Position numbers and translations under genes: made by a program. Of a stretch of DNA of 64,000 nucleotides, positions 12,748 through 24,030 are shown one piece after another. The notes beneath the pieces were generated by a model. The model was not told the DNA's origin. It ran no database searches and saw nothing but the letters and a program-made list of their open reading frames with translations. How positions within the stretch are numbered: the first letter of the stretch is position 1; each line of letters opens with the position of its first letter. Location of the stretch: assembly GCF_006345805.1 (NCBI RefSeq), contig NC_043004.1, positions 47,368,001 to 47,432,000 of the forward strand, given 5' to 3'. The stretch comes from Octopus sinensis. Taxonomy: Eukaryota.

Positions 12748-13152
12748 TAACGATAGTCACTGTGGTTTGAACAATTAGCTTTACGTCCACCCCACTTCTA
12801 TAGAGAAATTCATTCCTAAGCCTTCGAACATTCTTTCAATCAACGTGCCCTACCCCCTCCACTTGTTCCCTACCTATTATTACGTTATCCCTTCTCTTCC
12901 TACTATCTATTTTTGACGTCAATTCTTCTAACGGTTTTTTTAAAAAAAAACACTCATTATCGCTTTGTTTACCATGTAGGCAATCACCGAAATTTTTGTT
13001 TGTCTTGTTGTCGAGAGAGGGTCCCTTTCTTTCCTGATGAGAAGATTGCATAATGCACCCTTTATTCCTTTGGAATGAAAACATGCTGTCTTCGAAGCAT
13101 GTGTCGAGAGTAAAGGAATTTTGTTAACTTCTTCGTTCGACTCCATTCTTTC

Positions 13153-13155
<3 letters not shown>
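12748..13155 (+). mobile_element. Probable 3' UTR / pseudo-LTR of the Penelope-like element
   Basis: Directly follows the GIY-YIG stop. Its last ~45 nt (AATTTTGTTAACTTCTTCGTTCGACTCCATTCTTTCATTT) recur inverted at ~29017-29056. Ends in (AT)n. Confidence 0.5.
13024..13116 (+). ncRNA. Candidate type-I hammerhead ribozyme (atypical stem II)
   Basis: Core CTGATGA at 13034-13040 and GAAA at 13077-13080. Stem III is ACATGCT/AGCATGT. A GTC triplet lies at 13103-13105. Stem I is CCTTTCTTTC (13024-13033) with GAGAGTAAAGG (13106-13116, one bulged T, one G-U). Confidence 0.4.
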
Positions 13156-13232
<77 letters not shown>

Positions 13233-13274
13233 ATAAATGGTGGGGTTGTGTTGACCGCACGTGGAGAAATGATA

Positions 13275-13942
13275 AGTAAGGAAAATTTTTTTTTTAAATG
13301 CAGAATGCTCAAATGAAAGAAAATTTTAATAAAATGAGAAATTGATAAAATATATAAATATATATTTATTCAACCGATTTTCGTCATTGTATGACTTGTC
13401 AAGAATATTTATGTTTTAAAAAGTTTTTTTAAAAATTAGAAAGGGGAAAAAAAGAAAATTGCATTGTTTTTTTGTAAAAGAATAATGATAAAAGTGTACA
13501 AAAATTAAAAAATAAGTTCTCCGATACATTGTGAGTTCGTTGTGTATCTTGAGTTTTATGGTTGTTCACGAAAAAATTACCTTGAGGTGTTAAGATCCAA
13601 AGGGATTAAGAGCATGTGTTGTGTTGTTTAATTCAGCATGTTTGCCCAGCAAACATGCTGAATTAAACAACACAACACATGCTCTTAATGTATCGGAGAA
13701 CTTATTTTTTTAATTTTTGTACACTTTTATCATTATTCTTTTACAAAAAACAATGCAATTTTCTTTTTTTCCCCTTTCTAATTTAAAAAAAAAATTTTTT
13801 AAACATAAATATTCTTGACAAGTCATACAATGACGAAAACCGGTTGAATAAATATATATTTATATATTTTATCAATTTCTCATTTTATTAAAATTTTCTT
13901 TCATTTGAGCATTCTGCATTTAAAAAAAAATTTTTCCTTACT
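13275..13942. repeat. 668-bp fold-back palindrome
   Basis: Outer arms 13275-13530 and 13687-13942 are near-perfect reverse complements. An inner perfect 41-bp stem (13605-13645 / 13649-13689) has a CCA loop. 13531-13604 is present only in the left half. Confidence 0.95.
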
Positions 13943-13949
13943 ATATATA

Positions 13950-14004
<55 letters not shown>

Positions 14005-14486
14005 TGTATGTATATATATATATGTAGATGTACTTGCATAGCAAGTGATTTTATCTGAGATCGTGTGCTGAAACGAAAACTCTTGCAGCGTAGAAGGTGT
14101 TTGTAAGCCATTTAAGAAACACACGAAAGCCATTCGATTCACTTCAACATTTAAGTTCGTCGCTTTAAGACCGCGACCTGTTCACTGACAAAAATCCGTG
14201 CTGCATCTGAGAAAGTAACAGTTAGTTCGTTATATATATATGTACGTATGTATATGTGTATATATGTATGCACGCATGTATGCATGCATGCATGCATGCA
14301 TGTATGTATGTATGTACGTACGTACGCCTGTGTGCATGTGTGTGTATGTATGTATGTGTGTATATGCACGCACACACACTATAAACTTAAAGCTATAAAC
14401 ATAGTGATGCATAGATGTAGACTGACCACTCATCACAACAATATCAAATTTCAATATGTACATATATGTATATATGTACATATATG

Positions 14487-14521
<35 letters not shown>

Positions 14522-14553
14522 ATATGTATATATATGAGTATATATGTACATAT

Positions 14554-14612
<59 letters not shown>

Positions 14613-14737
14613 GGAACATATATATATATATATATATATATGTATCTATATACATATACGTAACAGGTTGAAGAAGTACAGAGGAAAGCCCGTATATGCA
14701 AAAGCACAGGACCAGCATACGTACTGACACAGAGGAA

Positions 14738-14860
14738 ACAGGAGTGGTTCTGTGGTATGTAGAATAAATACTATGTTTACAAAGATTTGTTCGACGAAAA
14801 GCGCAGCTCCACCATGGCGGCAGTCAAATAACTGAAATAAATAAAAGAATAAAATAATGA
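14738..14860 (+). mobile_element. Internally deleted SINE family A copy
   Basis: Head-like CAGGAGTGGTTCTGTGGTATGTAG is joined to tail-like CCATGGCGGCAGTCAAATAACTGAAATAAATAAAAGAAT. Confidence 0.55.
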
Positions 14861-15098
14861 ATATATTCTGACCACACCCAAGTGACTAATGTTTTCAAAA
14901 ATATAAAATCTGTAAAACTGTAAATGTTTTATCCTCTAAAGTAAATAAGTAGTCTGCCGAATTGAAAAAAAATAATAATATTCTCTTGAAGTTCTGTTCG
15001 ATGAATTATGTTTTTTGTACCATAAGGAAGGCACGGTTTAAACTACAGTACCGTTCGCAGTGTTAGAATAGATAAACTTAGAATTATGCTAGAAAAAA

Positions 15099-15389
15099 TT
15101 GGAATTATCCAAAACGTTTTTTAAAACCTATACACACGGTGACAAAAGCTGGGAGGATGGTGTAATAAACAAATTGTTAAAAGGAAAAAATGTCGAACAG
15201 AAAAGACATTTTAATCAGCTTAAGAAAAGATTCACGGAAAAAACAAACGCGATAAATGAAATCCCTATAGAAGAATTGTACGACTCGTTTGATGTACCAA
15301 CCTCCAAACAATTACACATTCTAGTATCAACCAGTAAACGGAAACACACGGAAACATTGGTATTGAAACCTAAACGTAAGAGGTATTAA
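15099..15389 (+). mobile_element. Ty3/gypsy LTR-retrotransposon pol C-terminal (post-integrase) fragment
   Basis: ORF reads SWEDGVI...KRHFNQLKKR...IEELYDSFDVP...SKRKHTETLVLKPKRKRY*, resembling the post-integrase tail (KRH.NQL motif) of invertebrate gypsy pol proteins. No catalytic domain is present. Confidence 0.55.
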
Positions 15390-15833
15390 AACTGGGAGCG
15401 GAGTTCAATTCTTAAAAGGAGAGAAGATAGAGGAGATACTGTGGAAGGATTCTTGCCAATTGAGTACAGGTCGACTGCCTTATTGTTATAAATTAAAAAA
15501 CTGTGAGCGGTTGGCAGTTCGGTTTGGTAGCGGTTAACAGTGAGCCTTTGATATAGAGCGTTGGGTTTCATGTAATATTAATGGTAGTGTGTAGTGTATA
15601 TATTTTTTCTTCCTGCTTCGTCATATTATATAACCAATATTATGTATATATATATATATATACGTGTTTGTATACACCACTTGAAAAGAGGTGCTCTCAG
15701 TATTGAACGACTCACAAAACTATGATAACCACATTAATTGCCTAAAATTGCCCGTCAATAACGTACTTTCTTCAATTTTAACAGGCGGTCTCAGGTACTT
15801 TCAAATTCTAGAGAAGCTATGGAAATACAATTG

Positions 15834-15924
<91 letters not shown>

Positions 15925-15951
15925 TAATCCAAACAAGAAAACAGAAGGAGG

Positions 15952-15986
15952 GTTTAACGTTTCGAGCGGAGCTCTTCGTCGGAAAC
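15952..15986 (-). ncRNA. Minimal type-I hammerhead-like motif (Penelope-type), core variant CCGACGA
   Basis: Minus strand: GTTT-CCGACGA-A-GAGC-TCC-GCTC-GAAA-CG-TT-AAAC. Stem I is GTTT/AAAC, stem II is GAGC/GCTC, and palindromic ACGT replaces stem III. Confidence 0.45.
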
Positions 15987-16105
15987 AAGGAGAAGGAAAG
16001 ATCCCAAGAAGGGAAGACAGAGGAAAATAATATTTTTGCTGGTGGTGCTCAAGAGATCACATGTTGAAAGATATATATATATATGATATATATACATGTT
16101 GAAAG

Positions 16106-16142
<37 letters not shown>

Positions 16143-17380
16143 TTGTGTGTGTGTGTTAAACAGTGGGGAAATAGATGCAGAGGTCTATATTTTATATTGT
16201 GCCTAGAAGTATTCAGATATGATACGAATCATTTATGGTAAAAATCAGTTGTTTCCTACGACATTCTCTACAGTGTTGTGGCTGTGCTGCTATTGACTGA
16301 AGCTAATTGATAAAACCGAAACGTGGATTTCTAGGAGAGAAAAGAGGAAACCATTAAGAGCAAGTGTCGTTACAATTTTCAAAAGTAAAATCAAGTAATT
16401 GACTTTATTAAACTTGCATGACATGAGTAAATATTTCATGCATTTAGATAATTATAATTATGATGTTTGTATGGGGATCATACCATTGTGTTTGCATGTG
16501 CTTCTGGATCTTTCTGGATGTGTATATGTGAATCTTTGAGACACGTATGTTTTTTTTTCATTGTTTGTGTGTGTAATATGCATGTGAACGTGAATGAAGT
16601 AAACAAACTTTTCGGTGTATGTTGCCGTATGGTATTATCAAGGAAGTAAATTGATAGATTAGCGATAAGTTAAGAGACCGGATAAAGGATAATGGTCATT
16701 CTCGTAAGGAGTTAATGCATTGTAAATCTATTAAGTAGGTTATTTTATGTAAGACATATAGTGCATTAATGGACAGAAAGTCAGTAATGAAGGTTAAGTA
16801 TCTCTATAATACGCTGAGATTTTAAGATGATGCACGTAGCTGATTCAACTTAATGCCTGGTAGCGCATGCTTTTATCTTGTATTTAAATATAAAGTCATT
16901 ATACAATTCTGCCAAGTTTAAACCGAAGCCGTTTAATTTTCGTTTGTCCGTTCTTATGTAAGCTGTGTCTCACTTGAGGTGAAGTTTTACGAATTTAATG
17001 TCACACAAAATCGCCTATTTTGTGGAGAATTCTACTGAACTGCATATAGAAAGTGCTTTGTACTATAATATAAGTATTATAAATACATTATAAACTGCAC
17101 TCTAGCTCTTCTTCAACTAACATATATTGAATAACCGTCTTTGTTTTCTGTTTTGCTATGATGTAGTAGCTGCTGAGTAGTCTAGAACTTGAGTTCAATA
17201 ATTCTGGCTACTTCCCATTTATATGAAACGATATAATTTAGAAGAATGGAAACCTTATAATATGATTATGTCAATAAGAGTAATTTCATAAAGTGGCACT
17301 GATTGACAGTGTTCTCGCTTACCTTCTATCTCTAAAGTCTATTTGTGTATTTCATGTCATATATTGATAGACGGGTGTAC

Positions 17381-17775
17381 TATTTCGAGAGTAAACAGTC
17401 TGGACCACTGTCCTCAAATATCACATTTTTCCAAGCTAGTACATGATAGTGTTTGCATCCTACAGTTTCAACTAACAAAAACTCGCCAATTATAGTGTCG
17501 ATGTATCTCACATATTCGAACTAATTAACTTGAGAATGTTTTATTTAAATTTATTGTGGATATCAGTCGAAGGCAAGTACATGATGGGAGAAAAGTTACG
17601 CACCAAAACAACAGACATTTTATATTATAGTTGTTATTGCTGTTGTTACTACTATTATTACTCATTTTCTTCATTCTTTAGAAGTATATGAGTATTCATC
17701 ATTATTTTATTTATTTTATTCAAATGCAGTAAAACTGAAGCACGTTGTTGACAATTCCGAAGCGTTAGGAACTTA
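17381..17775 (+). repeat. Tandem duplication unit 1 (~395 bp)
   Basis: Colinear with 18205-18600 from TATTT(T)CGAGAGTAA to CGAAGCGTTAGGAACTTA, with scattered substitutions. Confidence 0.95.
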
Positions 17776-18204
17776 GGATCTTTTCGGTTTGAACGGCAGT
17801 TTTTAACATAATTTCTAGGGAACTAAAAAAATTTAAACCTCGTATACTGGTAGAATGTGTTTATAAAACATCTTTTTCTCTTGGCTTTATCGAGAAAGTT
17901 CTATAGTTTGTAAGATATTTGTTGATTTTTCTACTTCAATTTCTGCAATTTCAACCAATCAGTGACGTCTATTGAGTTAAAAAGCATCTGTGCCGTATGA
18001 ATATGTCCCTCGTTTAAGAAATAGATTGGGTTTATTTACATTTGTGAAGAAAAACGATGCTCTTCCCCCACCCCTAACCCTACCCTAACAAACCCTAACC
18101 CTAAAAGAGATTGAAATGCTATAGATCGATACTAGGTTCATAATTATGGGTGACAATTTCATATGACACCGCTAGAAAACTGCCGTTCAAACCGAGAAGA
18201 TCCC
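17776..18204. mobile_element. MITE family 1, copy 2
   Basis: GGATCTTTTCGGTTTGAACGGCAGTTTT ... AAAACTGCCGTTCAAACCGAGAAGATCCC, with internal CCCTAACCCTA repeats at ~18070-18105. Confidence 0.9.
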
Positions 18205-18600
18205 TATTTTCGAGAGTAAGCAGTCTGAACCACTCTCCTCAGATATCACATTTTACCAAGCTGGTACATGATAGTGTTTGCGCCCTACAGTTTCAACTAC
18301 CAAAAACTCGCCAATTATAGTGTCGATGTATCTCACATATTCGAACTAATTAACTTGAGAATGTTTTATTTGAATTTATTGTGGATATCAGTCGAAGGCA
18401 AATACATGATGGGAGAAAAGTTACGCACCAAAACAACGAACATTTTATATTATAGTTGTTATTGCTGCTGTTATTACTATTATTACTCATTTCCTTCATT
18501 ATTTAGAAGTATATCAGTATTCATCATTATTTTATTTATTTTATTCAAATGTAGTAAAATTGAAGCACGTTGTTGACAATTCCGAAGCGTTAGGAACTTA
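18205..18600 (+). repeat. Tandem duplication unit 2 (~396 bp)
   Basis: Second copy of 17381-17775. It continues into TTCTGAGCGTGACCTTTGGTCCACCCTG|TA, which resembles a Tc1/mariner-type end. Confidence 0.95.
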
Positions 18601-19531
18601 TTCTGAGCGTGACCTTTGGTCCACCCTGTATATTAAACAGTAATCACAAGCAGAATAAGGCACTTTCGTAGAGCGGCAAACATTGAACCTGAGCTTTTCA
18701 TCCGGCTATTTTATAATATCGTCAACCGCAACGAAATATGAAAGCACTCCTTATTACAAGCTGTCAATTGCACACGCTCTGCACTCCGGCATCAATTTAA
18801 TGACTGTGAACCCATTTTATAAGCCCAATATAGAAAGATGTATATACACAATTTGTCAACATGCGAGGTATATTCGCTGTGACGAAACGCAAGGAATAGC
18901 TCTATCCCCAGTTCGAAGGCGCCTCAAGCGTATTTGGACTGATTATAACATTGAAAATATAGAACGATATCTAAACACATATAGAAAACTGTGGAATATA
19001 TTGAAAAGTTATAAGCAAGTATTTTATTTCTGCAAATGTGTTCTTCTATAATTAGTCCAACTTCATTAAATGTGAGCATCAATATGTAGGGAATAGTATA
19101 ATTAGCTAATTATAATGTATATTTAAGGAAAGCAAAGCTGTCAGCTCAGTGGTGTTTACCGAGTTTGAAATATGATCTGAGTTACCTCTCTTAATGGATA
19201 GAATAATTTATATGGTATTAATTATTAATTACTACTGTATGTTTTAAAATTGCTTTGCGCTTTCCAAACTCAATAATAATTTCAAATTTCTTGCATTGTT
19301 CTGGTCATTGCAGAAATTTATGATATATAATATGCTGATCTTTTCGCTTAGTGTTGTGTACCAGCTTCTACATGTAAATACTCATTCTCTGAAATCTGCC
19401 TCGATGTGTAGGCTTAATAACTCCATCATGGCCCACCGTAATCGTTAAATAACAACAACAACAACTACAACAACAACAACTACAACAACAACAACAACAA
19501 TAATAATAATAATAATAATAATAATCGTTGA

Positions 19532-19734
19532 AGGCGGCGAACTAGCAGAAACGTTAGCACGCCGGGCGAAATGCGTAGCCGTATTTCGTCTGCCGCTACC
19601 AGTGCGAAACTGGTAATTATGTAATCGACCCCGAAAGGACGAAAGGCAAAGTCGATCTCGGCGGAATTTGAACTCAGAAAGTAACGGCAGACGGAATACT
19701 GCTAAGCATTTTGCCCGGCGTTCTAATGACTCTG
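19532..19734. mobile_element. Rearranged SINE family B: plus-strand head fused to an inverted copy
   Basis: 19532-19599 is the SINE head (GGCGGCGAACTAGCAGAAACGTTAGCACGCCGGGCGAAATG...). 19600-19734 is the reverse complement of the first ~150 nt of the same SINE family. Confidence 0.8.
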
Positions 19735-20081
19735 TGACCTTAATTACTTATTAATATCAAATGTTGGGAACCACCACAAGTAACACTACCACCAGCCGGA
19801 GTACCACAACCGCTACCAGTCGGATACCACTACCACTACTAGTAGCAGTAATACCACTACTAACAGCTACTGCAACAGTAGCAACAGCAACAAATGAACC
19901 CCCAACAAAACCAAAACCTAGAGATTATCCCCAGTCACGACGCAAACTACTCGAACTGTTCGAGTACTAAGGTCGACAGGAGGACTGGCTCACAATCACC
20001 CCCCCCCCACAAAGAGAAAGAAAAGATTAAAGAGACAATAGAAGGAAAGAAACGAAACTTCCCAACAACTGCAGCAACAGT

Positions 20082-20400
20082 GGAGGTGCAATGGCCCAGT
20101 GGTTAGGACAGCGGACTCGCCTTCGTAAGATGCGGTTTCGATTCACAGACCGGGCATTGTGAGTGTTTATTGAGCAAAAACAACTCCACGAGACTCCGCC
20201 GGGGGGGGGTGAACCCCGCTGTACTCTTTCACCACAACTTTCTCCCACTCTTTGTTCCTACTTCTGCCACAAAGCAGAGGAACCACGGTGTAACTCACTA
20301 TGGTGTGGTAAACTTTCAACCCTAGTCTAGATTGTGAATCATCTGAAACCCAGGATGGTTCAGCTCTCCACCCGTTAAAATTCACCGTTTACGGAATGAG
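20082..20400 (+). mobile_element. tRNA-derived SINE family C
   Basis: GGAGGTGCAATGGCCCAGTGGTTAGGACAGCGGACTCGCC...GGTTTCGATTCACAGACCGGGCATTGTGAGTGTTTATTGAGC. Confidence 0.85.
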
Positions 20401-20546
20401 CATAACAACGTAGCTTTCGCGACCGTACAACCGCCAGTCAAGGACATGTGGTGGATGGATCTTCAAGTTGCCACGCACATTCTTAGTAGCTTAGAGTAGG
20501 CTCGAATTACAGATTATTCTTTGTGGCTAATGGCGTGAGTCCTGAT

Positions 20547-20711
20547 TGGAAGAAGATAAAGAAGAAGAAGGAGAAGAAGAAGATAAAGAAGAAGAAGAAG
20601 AAGAAGAAAGAAGAAAAAGAAGAACAAGAAGAAAAAGAAGAAGAAGAAAAAGAAGAAGAAGAAGAAGAAGAAGAAAAAGAAGAAGAAGAAGAAGAAGAAG
20701 AAGAAGAAGAA

Positions 20712-20743
<32 letters not shown>

Positions 20744-20750
20744 AGAAGAG
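20547..20750. repeat. (GAA)n microsatellite, imperfect
   Basis: Direct reading. It explains the poly-E/K/R/S/F/L ORFs in the track. Confidence 0.95.
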
Positions 20751-20839
20751 CAGCAACACACATAACAACCAACAACAACATCACCTCCACCCGCAATACT
20801 ACCTCAAACACAACGTACAACACAAACAGACACCACAAA

Positions 20840-21120
20840 CACCACTAGCCTCACAGACAACATAAATCTGGTCATACACCTCAGAGAAAAGACAATCACC
20901 AAAATAGAAGACTTTGTCTCCCCAACACACAACGCATCACCACCACACATACAATATTAAAAGCCACACAGCAATCATACAACACATTAGAATACTCTTT
21001 CCAGAAGCTGTTGGGGGCTTCCAAAAAAGTTCAAGAACCTCGTGGAAACACCCACATCAAAGACTAAGGGAAGTACCATACCAGACAACAGTGGTCAGTA
21101 GAGCTCTTCCCCGTCCTAAA
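20840..21120 (+). mobile_element. Highly degenerate Penelope-like GIY-YIG fragment
   Basis: Translations SLTDNIN, SHTAIIQHIRIL and WKH...EVPY loosely match the CLT.NIIY / T.LSKHIW.L / WKI...PY pattern. Confidence 0.4.
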
Positions 21121-22224
21121 TAGTTATTGTTATTATAGTGATGCTCAGAACAGGTTGCATAAATTTCAGGGACCTCGGGTCACCTTGGAAACAAGGTCAC
21201 GTTTTGAATGACCTTAGTGTAGACGTAGCAGCCATTTGTGAACATTAGTGAAGAGGAAGAAAATTATTATATAGATATTTTGAGCTGAAAGCGGGTTATC
21301 AAAACTTTACGGAGGATTTCTTATCCACTGATTGAGGCCAGCACCGTCAATGCATAATGGGAATGAAGATGTTGGGGTTACTACACGCTGGAATAAATCA
21401 AGTCTTTGACCAAATTAGAGGTACTGTCCATCCGTAGAGCATGCAAGCAATAACCACCTACCCAATTTTTCTTTCAAGGTTTGGTTCTACACTGCAGTTG
21501 TTCAATGCAAGATTGAGTCTAGACGGGATTACAACGGGAACATTGGAACTTACGTTTATATCCGCTACGAATTGATGTAAAACAAGTAACTGGTACAAAA
21601 TTTTGAAAATGAGAGTGCTTATTAAAATAGGGTTAATTTTCTTTCTTAGCGAAACGAATTAGATATCAACATTAACGTCAAAAGAAAGGATTAAATAATT
21701 GTATCAATCAGTCAAAATCGTTCGGAGAGATTATTGTCATCTATAATTTATCCCAGGTCAGCGATAATCCAGTACAGATATCTTAAATCGTGTATCGATA
21801 TTTTTTTCAAGCATATATAAATTGTGTTTTCTAAAGTTGTTTTCCATTCTTAAAAGGTTTAGAGGAATATGGGTACCATTTCTATAAGATCAACACAGAG
21901 ACTCCCCCATACTCAATACTTTGCTTTCTCATACGATTCTAATTTAAAATACCTTGATGGTCACACATGTTTCAACGTGTATCAGTGAATTAGAAATCAT
22001 ACATATAGCGTATTGAGAATATAACCAGCAAAATTCTATAAATAAATTAATTCGACAGACACAGCATCTTAAGAGAAGAGTAATATTTCGGAAAAGTGTT
22101 CTAAATATATTATATCATTAAGGAAACGAAAGGAAGTAGCCGGGAGGCTAACACATCGGTGACTCAAACATGTTTATTACAATAATAATATCATTTGAGA
22201 CTTAGCTGAAACTAATAAACCTAA

Positions 22225-22269
<45 letters not shown>

Positions 22270-23118
22270 TATATATATTATATATATATATATATAGAAT
22301 GTGCGGTATGTAAATGTATTTATATATACATATGATGTGTGGTATGTATATGTATTTATATATATGTATATATATATATATATATATATGTATTTATATA
22401 TATATATATAGTTTGTAAATATACATATATATATATACATATATATATATACATATATACATACATATATATATATATATATAAAACTATATAACTACAT
22501 ATATATTTCTATCTACCTCTCTCTATATATACACATATGCGTGTACTTGTGTGTATGTATATGTATGAATATGTTGTTTCTTTGTGTGATTATGTCGTTG
22601 TGTGTATCTCTGTGTTTTTCTGTGTACGCATGTCTCTGTGTGTGCGTGTCTGTGTATGCATATGTGTGTGTGTACCAGTATTTGCGTGTGTATGTAACTG
22701 TATGCATGCATGTGTAACAGATTATGATCTAATACAAGAACGGAATTTTCCCCGAAGCATTTATTCGATATAATTGACCTCAGTTTCGTTACTTTTATGC
22801 AATTTGCTAGTTAATATATTAAGCTTTATGTTGTAAAGTTTAATTCAATTAGCAGCATGAGAAATATACTCTCTGAATTTATTGGCGTCGTTAGTTTGAT
22901 TTTCCATCATGATGAGGTATTAATAGTTTCTACAAGGTACAGTCTGCTTCCAGCACGCATAATGGTTCTTAAACACAGAAAATATTAGAAAGTGTTGTTG
23001 TTATGTAGGTGTAAATGATTTGGGTATGTATGTAGATAGATAGACAGATAAACAGCCAGAAAGACTTGCAGACACACAGATGCATATGCACAGACACACA
23101 CACGCATATAGACACACA

Positions 23119-23205
<87 letters not shown>

Positions 23206-23331
23206 TACATTACAAGTGTAACCAGGATGGGTTTCTGCGCCTCCATTATTGTATACGTGTGTGCAGGTATGAACGTTGGTTCGGTAATTTACAACCAGCC
23301 AGCCACGTATTAATACATCCAAGTATGTATG

Positions 23332-23377
<46 letters not shown>

Positions 23378-23408
23378 ATATATACATATACATACATACA
23401 TACATACA

Positions 23409-23480
<72 letters not shown>

Positions 23481-23559
23481 GTATATCCTTGAAAATGTTT
23501 TAGCCCGAAGGCCGCGGCCTTACATATGTGTGTGTGTTTGTGTGTGAAAGAGAGAGAAC

Positions 23560-24030
23560 AAACTTTTTCTTCCCCTACCTTGTGTTTTCTTACCTGCTCT
23601 CATTGGGCAAAACTCTTTCTTAAACTTCTTCGTCAATCTCTCATTTTCTCATGTTGTTTCCTCCATCCTATTCCTTTGTCTATTCAGCGAATCCCATTTG
23701 TCTCTTCCTCCCCGCCATTTCACATGCTGCACATTTTTGTTTCTGATACATAATGTCTGAAAACCATGTCTTCCTTACTCTGCGTAATATTGCTCTTTTA
23801 TTCACGTCGCTTCTTTCTCTCTTGCTCAATGCTGTCACTAACTGACAATTTTTATTTTTTCCACTTTCTGCACCTTTTTTTGCCCCTCTCATGTTTTGCA
23901 GATCTACGTTCTACATAATTTACATATATCCCTTTCTTTTATTTCTTGTTCCTTCTTCAGTGTTGGAAAAGTACACAATTTTTTCCTGGAAGTTCACATC
24001 CAGGAAAGAAATTTCTTGGGATTGAGACTC
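23560..24030 (-). mobile_element. Degenerate RTE-clade LINE 3' fragment
   Basis: Minus-strand translation contains remnants such as KCAACEMAGRKRQMG...MRAGKKTQGRG, which resemble the RTE C-terminal AGH..R...W...GRP region. Multiple stops. Confidence 0.45.

Noticed and set aside
14657-14745. Exon-like segment (ACAG|GTTGAAG...TGTG|GTATGT)
   Set aside because: The apparent donor is part of a decayed SINE family A head, and the peptide is unrecognised.
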